Notes: generated from the letters alone by a model not told the origin. Shown: positions 13,867 through 26,900, numbered from the stretch's first letter. The stretch: 64,000 nt of DNA from Scyliorhinus canicula (GCF_902713615.1 NC_052158.1:13636546-13700545); one strand, 5' to 3'. Program-made: numbers and translations.

Positions 13867-14205
13867 GCTTCACTTGTAAATGGGTACCATTTCCACCCCT
13901 CTCTTCTGTTCCCATCAATGATACATGACAGTAATAGGTATCTGAGTCTGCCCCAACCAAGTCGGAGATATTAATGAATATTCTGTTGTTGGCAAATGAC
14001 TCGCTGTCTGATCTCTCCAGCCGATTTTTATAAAATGGGCTATTGTCCAGCTTGTAGCCACCTGGTTTCCCCCGTGTCCAGCGAGCTGCCCCGAAAAGCG
14101 AATGGTTTCCTCCAAAGCCCAAGGCACAGTTCAGTGTCACCGACTCCCCCTCTGCTGCCGTTATAAAAGGGGGAAACTGGTAAACGGTGAAATTCATCTT
14201 TGCAC
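13867..14205 (-). CDS. Gene A V-type Ig exon, NKp30/NCR3-like (VJ-type domain)
   Basis: 339 nt, phase 1 to 1, acceptor cctttcattag, donor C|gtaagt; B-strand Cys, C-strand Trp, DSDTYYC and germline J-like GNGTHLQV; layout recalls NKp30 (VxQxP..EGxSxxLxC..W..RL..YxC..GNGTxLxV). Confidence 0.92.
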
Positions 14206-15236
14206 CTAATGAAAGGCGGAAAAGTGACTTTTTAAAAAGCAGCCTCGTAATTTCCGTTAGAAAATGTAACTATAATTTTACATTATAAGGGTGCAGAGGA
14301 AAACGAATTAGCGGGTGCTGAAACGCATACACAATACAGAGACAGAATGTGGTATGAATATTACAAATCACTGAAGATCTGATGGAGTGAATGGTGAACA
14401 TAATGCATCCTTACTTTGCCGCGCTTCGCTGTCTTATCTTCTGTACTGATACTAACTTGAGATCACAAAGTAGGTAGTCGAATGCGTTGTTTAAATGAAG
14501 CAACTTTCATTTAAAAATAAATAAGGAAGTTTAACAAGAAAAGTAACTCAGCAGAATAGTAGTGACAGCAATAACTATGAAAACAGGAGCACTGGTAAAA
14601 ATAGGTCTGGCTTACAGGTCACCCTCTTGCAGACTGAGAAGCCTGCCCAGGCCTGCACATGCTCAGTAACCTCAATAGACCGCCACTAATACAACGACAT
14701 AACAGATAGGCTTAGATGAGCTTATTTATTATAAGAATAATCTGCACTCAAAATGACACTCTTTAACATGTACCAAGAGCGAAAATGAAATAATAGATCC
14801 ATAGCACTAGGCACAAATGCCTTGCCCAGGAGTGTAATGGGACACACTCCAACTGCCTGAACGAGTGTCGCTCCAACAGCACTGATGAACTTTGACAACA
14901 TCCAGGACAAACAACCCGCTTGGTTTGGCACACCCTTCCACAAACATTCGCTCCCTCCACCACTGGCACACAGTAACACCATGGTGTAACATCAGAAATG
15001 TAACTGCAGGAACTCACCAAGGTTCACCAGGGAACATCCCAGGAAGAGCAGCAAATCAGGAAATGAAAGGGAGGCAAGAAATCAAGGAAAATATCATCAC
15101 CAGGGCTGTGGGACTGAGGCAATTGTTGGAGCTGCGGGCTGACAAGTTCTCTGAACTTGGTGGATTGCATCTCAAATGAAGTGACTAAGTCAATGTGCTG
15201 GTTTAAATTTTCCAAAATGTCCTAAATTCGAAGAAG

Positions 15237-15574
15237 GGGCAGCACGGTAGCATGGTGGTTAGCATAAATGCTTCACAGCTCCAGGGTCCCAGGTTCGATT
15301 CCCGGCTGGGTCACTGTCTGTGTGGAGTCTGCACGTCCTCCCCGTGTGTGTGTGGGTTTTCTCTGGGTGCTCCGGTTTCTTCCCACAGTCCAAAGATGTA
15401 CGGGTTAGGTGGATTGGCCGTGCTAAATTGCCCGCGTAGTGTCCTAAAAAGTAAGGTTAAGGGGGGTTGTTGGGTTACGGGTATCGGGTGGATACGTGGG
15501 TTTGAGTAAGGTGATCATTGCTCGGCACAACATCGAGGGCCGAAGGGCCTGTTCTGTGCTGTACTGTTCTATGT
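15237..15574 (+). mobile_element. tRNA-derived HE1/V-SINE-like SINE
   Basis: gggcagcacggtagcatggtggttagc...ggttcgattccc head, gggtgctccggtttc core, CR1-like gggccgaagggcctgtt...ttctatgt tail. Confidence 0.92.
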
Positions 15575-15786
15575 AAGGTTGCATTAGGTAGTAAAGCAGC
15601 CAATGTAACTCCATTATCCAACAATGGAGTGCAACAGTGATCAGGAAACTATATGCCTGTTAGCCTAACATTTGTCATCGGTAAAGTGTCGGAAGCTATT
15701 CTTACATAAGTTATAGCAGGTCACTTGGAAAAATTCACGTCAATCAAACAGAGTCAAAGAAAAATTATATTTAATTAGTTGGAGTT

Positions 15787-16102
15787 AGAACATAGAACAT
15801 ACAGTACAGAAGGAGGCCATTCGGCCCATCGAGTCTGCACCGACCCACTTAAGCCCTCACTTCCACCCTATCCCCGTAACTCCTCCTAAACCTTTTGGTT
15901 ACGAAAGGCAATTTTTCATGGCCAATCCATCTAACTGGCACGTCTTTGGACTGTGGGAGAAAACCGGAGCCCCCGGCGGAAATGCACGCAGACACGGGGA
16001 GAACGTGCAGACTCCACACAGACAGTGCCCCAGCAGGGAATCGAACTGGGACGCTGGCGCTGTAAAGCCACAGTGCTATCCACTTGTGCTACCGTGCTGC
16101 CC
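15787..16102 (-). mobile_element. HE1/V-SINE-like SINE
   Basis: Reverse complement of the same head, core and tail. Confidence 0.9.
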
Positions 16103-16685
16103 AACGTAGTAACATGTGTTGAGTATAAAAAGGAACCAGTACTTCGATTTCCAAACGAATTTGCTAAAGTGCCACATCAAAGGTTATTGCGCAAAATAAA
16201 AGCCTATTGTGTAGCTGGTAGCAGATTCACGTAGGTAGAAGATTAGCCTATTAACAGGCAAAAGGCAACAAACATAAATGGCTATTTTATGGTTGGCAAG
16301 ACTTATGGCGTGATGTGCCACAGGAATCAGTGCTGGAGCCTCAATGTTTTACAACTTATGTATGTGGCTTGGCCGAAGGGATGGATTGCATTGTTGATTA
16401 ATTTATTGATGACACAGAGACATGTAGGAAAGTAAATTGTGAAGTGGACATAAGGAGACTACAAAGGAATATTGACAAGTTAGGTGACTGGACTAAGATC
16501 CAGCTTAAATACATGAAATTGTCTATTTGGCAGAAATAATAAAAAATAAGCATATCATCTAGATGGTGAGTGATGCAAAGGTCTAATATGCAGAGGGATC
16601 TGGGTGTCGTACTGCATGAATTGCAAAACGTTACTTCGCAGGAACAGCAATTAATTTTGACATCTAACAGAATGTTATTGTTTAT
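16100..16685 (+). mobile_element. Degraded CR1 RT fragment (continues at about 15590-15785 and 17040-17870)
   Basis: aaagtgccacatcaaaggttattgcgcaaaataaaagc, gagggatctgggtgtc; split by SINEs. Confidence 0.7.
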
Positions 16686-16688
16686 TGC

Positions 16689-17035
16689 GGGCAGCACGGT
16701 AGCGTAGTGGTTAGCACGGTTTCTTCACAGTTCCGGGGTCCCAGGTTCGATTTTCCGCTTGGGTGACTGTCTATGCGGAATCTGCACATTCTTCCCGTGT
16801 GTGCGTGGGTTTCCTTCGGGTGCTCCGGTTTCCTCGCACAGCCCAAAGATGTGCAGGTTAGGTGGATTGGCAATGATAAATTGCAGTTAGTGTCCAAAAA
16901 GGTTGGGTGGGGTTGCTAGGTTACGGGGATGGGGGTGGAGACATGGGCTTAAGTGGAGTGCTCTTTCCAAGAGCCGGTGCAGACTCGATGGGTCGAATGG
17001 CCTCCTCCTGCACTGTAAATTCTATGATTCTATGA
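16689..17035 (+). mobile_element. HE1/V-SINE-like SINE
   Basis: Same head/core; attctatgattctatga tail. Confidence 0.9.
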
Positions 17036-17186
17036 ATTGAACAGCAAAGTAGGGAGTGTATGCTTCATTCTTGACCGTATTGGTGAGAGTACATTTCGAG
17101 TACTGTTAACAATATTGACCTTATCTCGGGAAGGATGTGGATGCATTGAAAGGAGTCTTGTGGTGTATTAAACAAATACCTGGAAA

Positions 17187-17442
17187 GAGCAGCACGGCAC
17201 AATGGTTAGCACTACTGTCTCGCAAGGACCAGGTTCAATTCTGACCTTGGGTAACTGTGTGGTGTTTTCACGATCTCCCCGTGTCTGCGTGAGAATCCTC
17301 TGAATTCCTCCTACAGCCCAAAGATGTGCAGGTGATATGGGGTTCACGGGATAAGGTGGGGCCCAGGTTGGATACTCTTTCAGAGGGTCGAGGCAGACTC
17401 GGTGGACCAAATGACATCCTTCTGCATTGTAGGGATTATATG
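17187..17442 (+). mobile_element. Older V-SINE-like copy
   Basis: gcagcacggcacaatggttagcact...ccaaagatgtgcagg. Confidence 0.8.
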
Positions 17443-19733
17443 CATTATCTGGATTGATTGCTTTATGAGGAGAGATTGAAGAGTCTGGGCTTATATCCTC
17501 TGGAGTTTAGAAGTGTAAAGGGCAACTTGATTGACTCATATCAGATCTTAACAGAGTCGATGTGGGTAGGGTGTTTCATCTTGCTGAAGTTTCTAGAACT
17601 AGGCGTCATTGTATAAGTAAGGGATCGCCCATATAAGACGGAGATTAGGACATTATTCTCTCTTACAGCGTCATGAGCCTCTGGAACTCTTGATCACAAG
17701 GCGGTGGGAGCAGAGCCTTTGAATGATTTTACGATAGTTCTAGATAGATCCTCGGTGTGTAAGGGTGTGAAACGTTACTGGGAGCTGAAATGTGGGGTTG
17801 CGGTTACAATCAGTAGCCATGATTTTATTGAATAACGGAGCAGGCTCCAGGGGCCGAGTGGAGAATTCTTGTTTCTTATGTTCTTGATAGCACACAACAG
17901 TACTAATCTTTGTAAAGTGCTGCAAATTGTAAGCGATTTATATTATGACATCCCGATATGCAAACACATAGAACCCAGTTAGATTGGTAATGCCGATGAT
18001 AACAAGTTAATCGTGCGACATGTGAGAAATAAAGAGAGGCTCGAACAGTCTCAATGTTGTTGTTCGATAACGGAAGCTATTATAACCGTCCATCCCTCCT
18101 CTACTTCAGTTTAGATATTAACCCATTTATATTGAACTTGCAGATGCCTGACCTAAAGCTGAGTACAGAGTGGATGTCACGTGAACATTTATCTCCCACC
18201 TGAAGAAATGTGAAACTTTAAACCGGATAAATACTACACATTGACCAACGCAGAGCATCATGTGGTGGTACAGTTTGATAGGAAGATGCTGGAGAAACAA
18301 TCTAAGGTAAAGTATACTGCTGTGAGGGAATTGCCTGCATATTTGCATAAATCATTATAAGTGAAGTCAAGATTGATAGAGCACGTCATAAAAATGCAAT
18401 GTCCAATGCATCATTAATAGGGGCATGGAGCAAACGTGTGTTTGTCCTCAGCTGGAACATTGCGTACAGTTTGGGGCAGCGTATTTTAGGAAATGTGTGA
18501 CGCGTTGGAAAGAGTACAGAAGAGAATTACAATAATGGTTTCAAGGATGAAGAACTTCAGTTATGAAGGAAGATTGGAGAACTTCGGGCTCTTTTCCTTG
18601 GAGAATATAAGACTGAGAGGAGATTTGACTGAGATATTCAAATGCGGGAGGAGTCTTGACAGAGTAGACAGGGAGAAACATTTCCAAGGGAGTGGTGGAT
18701 GTTAATTTCTTCAGACTGCATGGCGTCATGCCACGATGTTCACCCGAGGTGGCTATTTCAATGTCGATTAATATCTGAGATTTTCTGCACTTTTATATAC
18801 AGAGCCACATTTCAAATATGATTTGTACCACACATCAAGCTCGAAAATATAGGAAACAATGATGAGGGTAGCGAAGGGCTTTAGGGTATGGTCAACCAGG
18901 TCAAATTGCAGACTTTTGCAAATGCAATGTAACATGGAGAGGCGTGTAATTTACCTGGAACAATGAGAAGAAGCAATATGAGTAGAATGGAACGATTTGA
19001 ATGGGGCCACACGAACAAAGAGACATGCGGAGGCAAGATCAAATCAGTCCAGTAATCAGGAATCTGCTGAAGAATGACTTAAATGCGATATCATGCAGTG
19101 TTTCTATTACTGTTACTGTTATGCCCATAATATGTCTAACAATTTTCTTCAATTTGCGTATTAATTACTTTACAATTAAAATATAGAAACCTCATCCCAG
19201 CCTAAGTATCAGCCTCAAAGTGAATATGCTGGGAATTCCATATAATTTCCCGAATCTCAATGCAATTTGATTCTGCTGCCTGCAATGTTAGAATGGATAC
19301 CCAAAATGAGTTGAAATTTTGAAATTTAACTGACAAAGAAAGTTGTAACCTTTATTAGCTAGGTGGTTAGAATTATATGTGCCAGCGAAGTAGTTGATGC
19401 CATTTCTTCACAGTCTGTATATGAAAATAGCCCTTCATAAAATTAACTACAAACGCTTACAATTCCTGTTCAGAGGATTTCCCGTTTCACCCATTGAAAA
19501 AAATAAATTAATCAATTTCAGATCAATGACCAGATCACGACTACCAAGTCAAAATATGTAAACATCGATCCATATTACTTCTGCAGTGTACACAGCTTAA
19601 GGAAATATAAAACATAAAGGCAAGAATTTTTATTAGACTGCGCAAATTGCACAAAGACAAAGTTGAGAATGCTGAAATCTATACATTATTATTATTATAG
19701 TCTGGTCCAAATATAATGGCAGTATCGCTTTAC

Positions 19734-19795
19734 ATTTTGTAAAATGACCTTACAATAAGAAACAGGAAAATCTCAATAAGTAAGTACTGAAACAT
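19734..19795 (-). CDS. Candidate leader exon of gene A (MFQYLLIEIFLFLIVRSFYK)
   Basis: ATG plus hydrophobic core, donors ATT|gtaagg (phase 0) or AT|gtaaag (phase 2), TGTGGTT just upstream; needs a linking exon (candidate 18153-18199) to reach the phase-1 V exon. Confidence 0.4.
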
Positions 19796-19836
19796 TGCGT
19801 ATTTGCGTTTACAACACCTTAAGTAGTGCATTCGCC

Positions 19837-19843
19837 AACCACA
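19837..19843 (-). promoter_or_regulatory. RUNX consensus TGTGGTT upstream of gene A candidate leader
   Basis: Exact 7-mer about 40 bp 5' of ATG 19795; a 7-mer also occurs by chance. Confidence 0.3.
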
Positions 19844-20227
19844 GACTGGAATCCTTTTCGAAATTCGAACTGGGTGTCAAATGTTAATTTTATTTGTATC
19901 AATTGCATATTTAGAATTACGGAGTCTTATAAAGTTAACAGCGACCGCAAGTTAACTACATCTTTACATAGTAAGAGTTGTCTAATTCAAGTATAATGTT
20001 GTACGGCACCGAGTGGTATAGATAGTACAATACAAAATAACGAAGAGTATGTGTTGACTAACCAGTAGTTTGCAGAAAGAAAATCAGATGTATCAGATTC
20101 ATTTGCAGAATTGGAATCACCTTTGATGAACACGCAGAAGGAGAGAGTACATGCAATGATGCTTAAGACAACACTCTCAATATCTAGGGAGTTGACTACA
20201 GCAATGACATGATTTGTGGGCGTTGCC

Positions 20228-20513
20228 CTGATGATACAAAGTGCACAGACTGGGCTGTCACTGAAAAAGAAGTGAAGAATATACGTTCAGTGCATATTTT
20301 TTATATTTTAAAAATCGCCTTAGAATTGCTTGGGAAATGGTATCCAATAAATTTCGAGTTGAATAATGCAGGATATTGCACCTGTCAATGGGGTGCCACT
20401 CTAATTATGTATTCCCTGTTATATTCTTATAAAATAGACACCACTGAAGCTGTAGAAACTGCTGGACCCTCACGGTATCGCTTCCGACTTGACCATTACT
20501 GACCTCAGGGCAA
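20228..20513. repeat. Left arm of ~285-bp inverted duplication (partner 21747-22028)
   Basis: ctgatgatacaaagtgcacagactgg...cctcagggcaa matches the reverse complement of 21747-22028 at roughly 85% by eye. Confidence 0.92.
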
Positions 20514-20689
20514 GAAAATGGAGAATAGAAGTATGCATAATTTAACTTACATTTTACATGCAAATTGAATTATATATTTCAGCTAAAATAACAATACGAA
20601 CTGAACTGTGAACCTACACTTGATAATGAGGTTTATTTTAATGTGTTATTCTTGGATAAGGATGCAAGGAACAACACTCACTTTATTTT

Positions 20690-20906
20690 TTTAATATAAA
20701 TTTAAAGTACCCAATTCCTTTTCTTTTTTCAATTCAGGGGCAATTTAGTGTGGCCAATCCACCTAGCCTGCACATCTTTGGGTTGTGGTGGAGAAATCCA
20801 CGCAGACACGGGGAGAATGTGCAAACTCCACACGGACAGTGACCCAGAGCCGCGGTGCAACTTTCGACCTCAGCACCAGGAGGCGGCAGCACTAACCACT
20901 GCCCCA
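20690..20906 (-). mobile_element. Partial V-SINE-like copy
   Basis: ggggcaatttagtgtggccaatccacctagcctgcacatctttggg. Confidence 0.85.
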
Positions 20907-21746
20907 CCATATTGCCATAACACTCACTTTATTGACAATAAAACGTTCCCTTTAATAATGTTAAGGACTGCATTCTGTGCCTTGCTCAATTGGTCGTGAC
21001 TTGGGACCGGCGCTGGGATAATAACGAAGAACACATACCATGGTTTAAGGAATGGGTTAATTCTGTTCACTGTGAGGATACTTTGCAGATGGCCAGACTG
21101 TTTACTGGAACATAAAGTGTGAGATATTCAAACTCAGGCGTTTTCATGCCATGATATACGTGTTTAATACTTCAGTTATCTAACTATTTGCAACAACTTG
21201 CTGACTTTATCTATATTACTTATTTACTTCACTTTTTAACTATCAGGCCCTTTTGTTCATTCGGTGGACTGCACCTCGAACCAGGGTCACGGCTGGTGCC
21301 AGTAACAGAATCTCAAAGCCGCCGTCGACCCCCGGGGTCCCCAACGATCAGATGGGCGTGAGTTTCTTGTTTTATATTCTTGCTTTATGTCCCTATTTGT
21401 ATTATTTTTATATTATATTCTTATCTGTAATATTTTTGCTATTAAAATAGAGTAGACGAACTTCTATCGTTGTTCACTTTATTATATTGTGTTCCAATCA
21501 TAAAGAACCCTTGAAATAATCCAAGACACGTGCTTCATTTGCGCCTGATTAGGGGACACCTTTAAAAGAGAACGGTGATTCTCAGAAAATGAAAAAGAGA
21601 AAATGCAGGAAAAATTCAGCAGGTCCAGCGAGAACTGTGGAGAAATTGAGTTAACGTCTCGAATCTAGTATGTCGATTCTGAAGAACAGTCATATTGCAC
21701 TCGAAACTTTAACTCTGTTCCTCTCTGCACTGCTTCGGCCATGTTA

Positions 21747-22028
21747 TTGTCCTGAGGGCAGTAATGGCCAAGTTGGACGCAAAATGAGAGGCTCCAGCAG
21801 TTTCTACAGCTTCAGTAGTGTCTATTCTATAAGGATATAACAGAGAATACAGTACTAGAGACACCTCATTGATCGGTAGAATATCCTGCATTATTCTACT
21901 CGAAATTTATTGGACACCATTTCCCAAGCAAATTAAGGCGATTTTTTCAATATTAAAAATATGCACTGAACGTATATTATTCACATCCTTTTCAGTGACA
22001 GTCCAGTCTGTGCACTTTGTATCATCAG
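21747..22028. repeat. Right arm of inverted duplication
   Basis: Reverse complement of 20228-20513. Confidence 0.92.
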
Positions 22029-22245
22029 AGTTTTACACTATTTTCTCCTCAGATTTCCAAAATCTGCAGTATTTTGATTTCAATTTGCAAATAATCTCAA
22101 GATTGTTATCTCGCCCCCTGTCATCTTAACTTAAATATTTAGGAAGGTCATGATAAACAGTGTTGAAGGTTACGGCTTTCACCGTTGCCATAATGGCCAA
22201 GGGTCATTTAACTTAATTAGCATGGTACAATAACACTTAGCAAGT

Positions 22246-22325
22246 ATGGAATTACTAGACAATAGAACACTTTGGCCTATTCTGCTACTTGCTTTCTGCC
22301 GTACCTGTCATCGCATTACAGAATG
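22246..22325 (+). pseudogene. Gene C candidate leader exon (MELLDNRTLWPILLLAF...)
   Basis: agtATGG Kozak context, hydrophobic core LWPILLLAF, donor AATG|gtaaag; ends in phase 2 as written. Confidence 0.5.
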
Positions 22326-22470
22326 GTAAAGGTGCTTTGACGTACATCCGCCGCACGTTCGGCAGCTCCCGCTTTAAAAGGACGTGTGGGCTCTTTTAAG
22401 GGCCCCAAACGGCGCTGATTCGACGATTCCCGGTGGATAAAGGGGTCTGGAGCAAAACCCCCCGGGATTT

Positions 22471-23320
22471 ATGGTTCGGACTCGAAGTGGGGCGAGGAGA
22501 AAAACGGCAGCAGCTCCACTGGAAAAGCGGGGGAAGGTGGACAAAATGACAGCCGGTGGAGTCCCTGAGGACTGGAGGCAGTGGGCTGAGGAGCAGCAGG
22601 CGCCCCTTCTGCGCTATTTCACAGAGCTGAAAGGTGAGTTGTTGGAATCCCTGAAGGTGACGACGAGTAAGCTACTGGAGACCCAGACAACCCAGGGTGC
22701 AGCGATACTCGAGTTTCAGCAGCAGGCCTCTGAGCGCGAGGAGGAGGTTTCGGCCCTCGTGGGGAAGGTGGAGATACACGAGGCATTTCATAAAAAGTGG
22801 CAAGATCGGTTCGAGGAGATGGAGCTTCGATCACGGAGGAAGAACCTGCGGATCCTGGGCCTCGAGGAGGGGCTGGAGGGGTCGGACCTACCGGCCTATG
22901 TGGCCGTGATGTTGAACTCGCTGGTGGGGGCAGGATCCTTCCATCTGCCCCGGAGCTGGAGGGGGCCCATAGAGTGCTGGCCACGCGGCCGAAGGCAAAT
23001 GAACCCCCGCGGGCGGTGCTGGTGCGTTTCCATCAGTTCAGTGACCGGGAGTGTGATCTCCGATCGGCCAAGAAGGTGAGGAGTAGTAAGTGGGAGAATT
23101 CGGTAGTGCGTATCTACCAGGACTGGAGTGCGGAGGTGGCGAAGCACCGGGTTTAACCGGATGAAGGCAGTGCTCCATAGAAAGCAGGTGAAGTTCGGCA
23201 TGTTGCCGCCTGCGCGCCTGTGGGTCACCTACAAGGACCAGCATCACTACTTTGAGTCCCTGGAGGAAGCGTGGGCCTTTGTGCAGGCTCAAAAGCTGGA
23301 CTCGAACAAGCGATTGGGGG
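22471..23320 (+). pseudogene. L1-type ORF1p (coiled coil + RRM + CTD), frameshifted
   Basis: RSRRKNLRILGLEEG, PRAVLVRFHQFSDRE, FGMLPPARLWVTY split across three frames. Confidence 0.88.
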
Positions 23321-23929
23321 CTGAGGGAGTTTTTCTATTCTATTCATGTATCATTGTTTATGCTGTAGCGGGTTATTCTGTTTGTTTTTGTTTTCTCTCT
23401 CGCTTTCGGATGATGTGGGTTATGGTTCTGTGTTCTAAGGGGGGTACTGGGGTTTGTGGTTGATCTGGGTCTTTGTTTGTACAGAGTTGGTGGTTGGGTT
23501 GGGACTGCGGTCTGGGAGCTGCATTGGTGGGGTGGGGCAGTGTGAATGCGTGGGCTTATCTCTGGTTTCCCGCGCTGCGGGATGAGGGAGTGGAGCTGGT
23601 GGCGAGGGGCATGGTTATTAGACCGGGTTTCCAGCGTTGAAGGGTGCCCAGGAGCTGATGTAGGGGAGGAGGGGGGACCTCATATTGGGAGGGGTCAGAG
23701 TTAGAGTGGGAGCTGCCGGGGTCAGCAGAAGTCAGCTGGCTCACGGGAGCACAGTGGAGGGAGAGTCGCAGCTAGGAGGGGTCCTAGCCAGGGGGGGGAT
23801 ACCGGGTTGCTGCTGGATTGGCCAGGGAGGAGTTCGGGGGGTCGGGGTGAGGTTCTATCGCCGTGGGAAACGGGCCGAAGGGGTAATGGCCAGGGGCGAG
23901 CACTCGATGGGTTATGGCCAGTCGATGGG

Positions 23930-26900
23930 GGAGGGGGGGCGGGGTGCCCCCTGATCCGGCTGATTACGTGGAATGTGAGGGGGTTGAATGGGCTGGTTAA
24001 GCGGGCCTGGGTGTTTTCGCATCTGAAGGGGCTGAAGGTGGATGTGGCCATGCTCCAGGAGACCCACCTGAAGGTGGCGGACCAGGTCCGTCTGAGAAAG
24101 GGGTGGGTGGGGCAGGCTTTCCACTCAGGGCTCGACTCGAAGAACCGAGGGGTGGCGACCCTGGTGGGGAAGAGGGTGGCATTTGAGGCATCTGAGGTTG
24201 TGGCCGATAGTGGCGGCAGATATGTGATGGTGAGCGGTAAGCTGCAGGGGGAGAGGGTGGTGTTGGTTAATGTGTACACCCCAAATTGGGATGATGCTGG
24301 TTTCATGAGGCGTATGTTGGGCCGCATTCCTGGGCTGGAGGTGGGGGGCTTGATCATGGGGGGGGGGGGGGGGGACTTCAATACGGTTCTGGATCCCCTA
24401 CTGGATCGTTCTAGTTCAAGGGCAGGCAGGAGGCCAGCGGCGGCTAAGGTATTGAGGGGGTTTATGGACCAGATGGGAGGAGTAGATCCCTGGAGGTTTG
24501 GGAGGCCGAAGGCTCGGGAGTACTCTTTTTTCTCCCATGTGCACAGGTTTTATGTCTACATTGATTTCTTTGTTTTGAGCAGGGGATTGGTCCCGAGGGT
24601 GGAGGAGGCCGAATATTCGGCTATCGCGATTTCGGACCATGCTCCGCATTGGGTGGATCTGGAGATGGGGAGGCATGGGACCAGCGCCCACTTTGGAGTC
24701 TGGACGTGGGGTTGTAGGCTGATGAGGAGGTGTGTAGGATGGTTTGGGGATGTATCGAGAGGTACTTCGAGGTCAATGATACTGGGGAGTTCCAGGTGGG
24801 GATTGTGTGGGAGGCTCTGAAGGCAGTGATTAGGGGGCAGCTGATCTCCATCCGAGCCCATAGGGAGAGGGGGAGAGGAGGGAGAGGGAGAGACTGGTGG
24901 AGGAGCTGTTGAGTGTGGATAGGAGGTACGCGGAGGCCCCGGAGGAGGGATTGCTGGGGGAACGGCGTAGCTTGCAGGCCAAGTTTGATTTATTGACCAC
25001 CAGAAAGGCAGAGACACAGTGGAGGAAGGCGCAGGGAGCGGTCTATGAGTATGGAGAGAAGGTGCACCACCTGCGTAAGCGGGACGCGGCTAGAGAGATT
25101 GGTGGAGTGAAAAATCGAGATGGGAATGTGGTGCGGCAGGGGGCAGAGGTCAATGAGGTCTTTAGGGACTTCTACAGGGAACTGTACCGGTCGGAGCTGC
25201 CGGCGGTGGGAGGGGGAATGGAGAATTTTTTGGACAGGCTGCGAATTCCAAGGGTGCAGGAGGAGCAGGTGGAGGGACTGGGGGCACCGATCAAGTTGGA
25301 GGACCTGGTCAGTGGGATTGGCCACATGCAGTCGGGGAAGGCGCCGGGACCGGATGGGTTCCCGGTTGAAATTTATAAGAAATATGCAGACCTGCTGGGC
25401 CCCCTGTTGGTCAGGACCTTTAACGAGGCATGGGAGGGGGGTGTTCCACCCACGACGATGTCTCGGGCACTAATCTCCCTGATCCTGAAGCGTGATAAGG
25501 ACCCCTTGCAGTGCGGTTCATACAGGCCAATTTCACTGCTGAATGTAGACGCCAAGTTGCTGACGAAGATCTTGGCCACTAGAATAGAGGACTGTGTGCC
25601 AGGGGTGATACATGAAGATCAGACGGGTTTTGTGAAGGGGAGGCAGCTGAACACAAACTTGCGAAGGATGCTAAATGTGATAATGATGCCAGCAGCAGAA
25701 GGAGAGGTGGAGATTGTGGTGGCATTGGATGCAGAGAAGGCCTTTGACAGGGTTGAGTGGGGGTACTTGTGGGAGGTGTTGGAGAGGTTCAGGTTTGGGG
25801 TGGGGTTTATTAAATGGGTGAGGTTGCTGTACAAGGCCCCGATGGCGAGTGTAGCGACAAATGGGAGGAGGTCTGAGTACTTCAGGCTCCACCGTGGGAC
25901 GAGGCAGGGGTGCCCCCTGTCCCCCATGCTTTTTGCGCTGGCAATAGAGCCTCTTGCCATGGCTCTCAGGGAGTCAAAGGGGTGGAAGGGTTTGGTGCGA
26001 GGTGGGGAGGAGCACCGTGTGTCGCTGTATGCGGACGACTTGCTGTTGTATGTAGCAGACCGGGTGGGGGGAATGCCGGATGTGATGGAGATTCTTGCTG
26101 AGTTCGGGAGTTTCTCGGGATATAAATTGAACCTGGGCAAGAGTGAGCTGTTTGTCGTACACCCAGGAGATCAGGATGAGGGAATTGGTACGCTCCCGCT
26201 AAAGAGGGCAGTGAGGAGTTTTAGGTACCTGGGGGTTCAGGTGGATAGGAGCTGGGGGATGCACAAGCCCAATTTTACTAGGTTGGTGGAGCAGATGGAG
26301 GAGGAATTTAAAAGGTGGGACATGCTGCCATTGTCATTGGCGGGTAGCGTACAGTCCGTTAAAATGGCGGTGCTCCCGAGGTTTTTGTTTTTGTTTCAGT
26401 GCCTCCCCATTTTCGTTCCAAGTGCCATTTTTAGGAGGGTGAACAGCAGCATTCTGGGATTTGTTTGGGCGCATGGGACTCCGAGGGTAAGGAGGGTCTT
26501 TTTGGAGTGGGGCAGGGATAGAGGGGGGCTGGCACTGCCCAACATCTCTGGGTACTATTGGGCGGCTAATATGTCGATGGTATGCAAGTGGGTAATGGAG
26601 TGGGCAGCATGGAAAAGGATGGAGATGGCGTCCTGGGGGGGCACGATTCTGAAGGCACTGGTAACGGCTCCGTTGCTGCTCCCTCCAACGAGGTACACCA
26701 CGAGCCCGGTGGTGGCGGCCACCCTCAAAATTTGGGAGCAGTGGAGGCAACACAGGGCAGAAGTGGGGGGCTCGGTGGAGGCCCCGCTGTGGGGGAACCA
26801 CCGGTTTTTCCCAGGGAACATGGATGGCAGGTTCCTGGGGTGGCACAAGGCGGGCATTAGGAAGTTCGGAGACCTGTTTATTGACGGGAGGTTCGCAAGC

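Noticed and set aside
14530-14620. Minus-strand hydrophobic stretch (PIFTSAPVFIVIAVTTILLSY) near gene A's V exon as its leader
   Set aside because: No in-frame ATG (upstream TAA) and no good phase-1 donor
15237-15310. SINE heads as tRNA genes
   Set aside because: A/B-box-like heads run straight into the SINE core and CR1-like tail; no complete cloverleaf
20109-20300. Plus frame with AEGES and TLNI*GVDYSND as a decayed Ig or tail exon
   Set aside because: Motif spacing far too short for an Ig fold, two stops, and the inverted copy does not keep the frame
21680-21725. CTGAAGA...GAAACTT hammerhead-like motif (similar one near 43680-43720, minus)
   Set aside because: Stem II no longer pairs and stem III is degenerate; only a decayed repeat remnant
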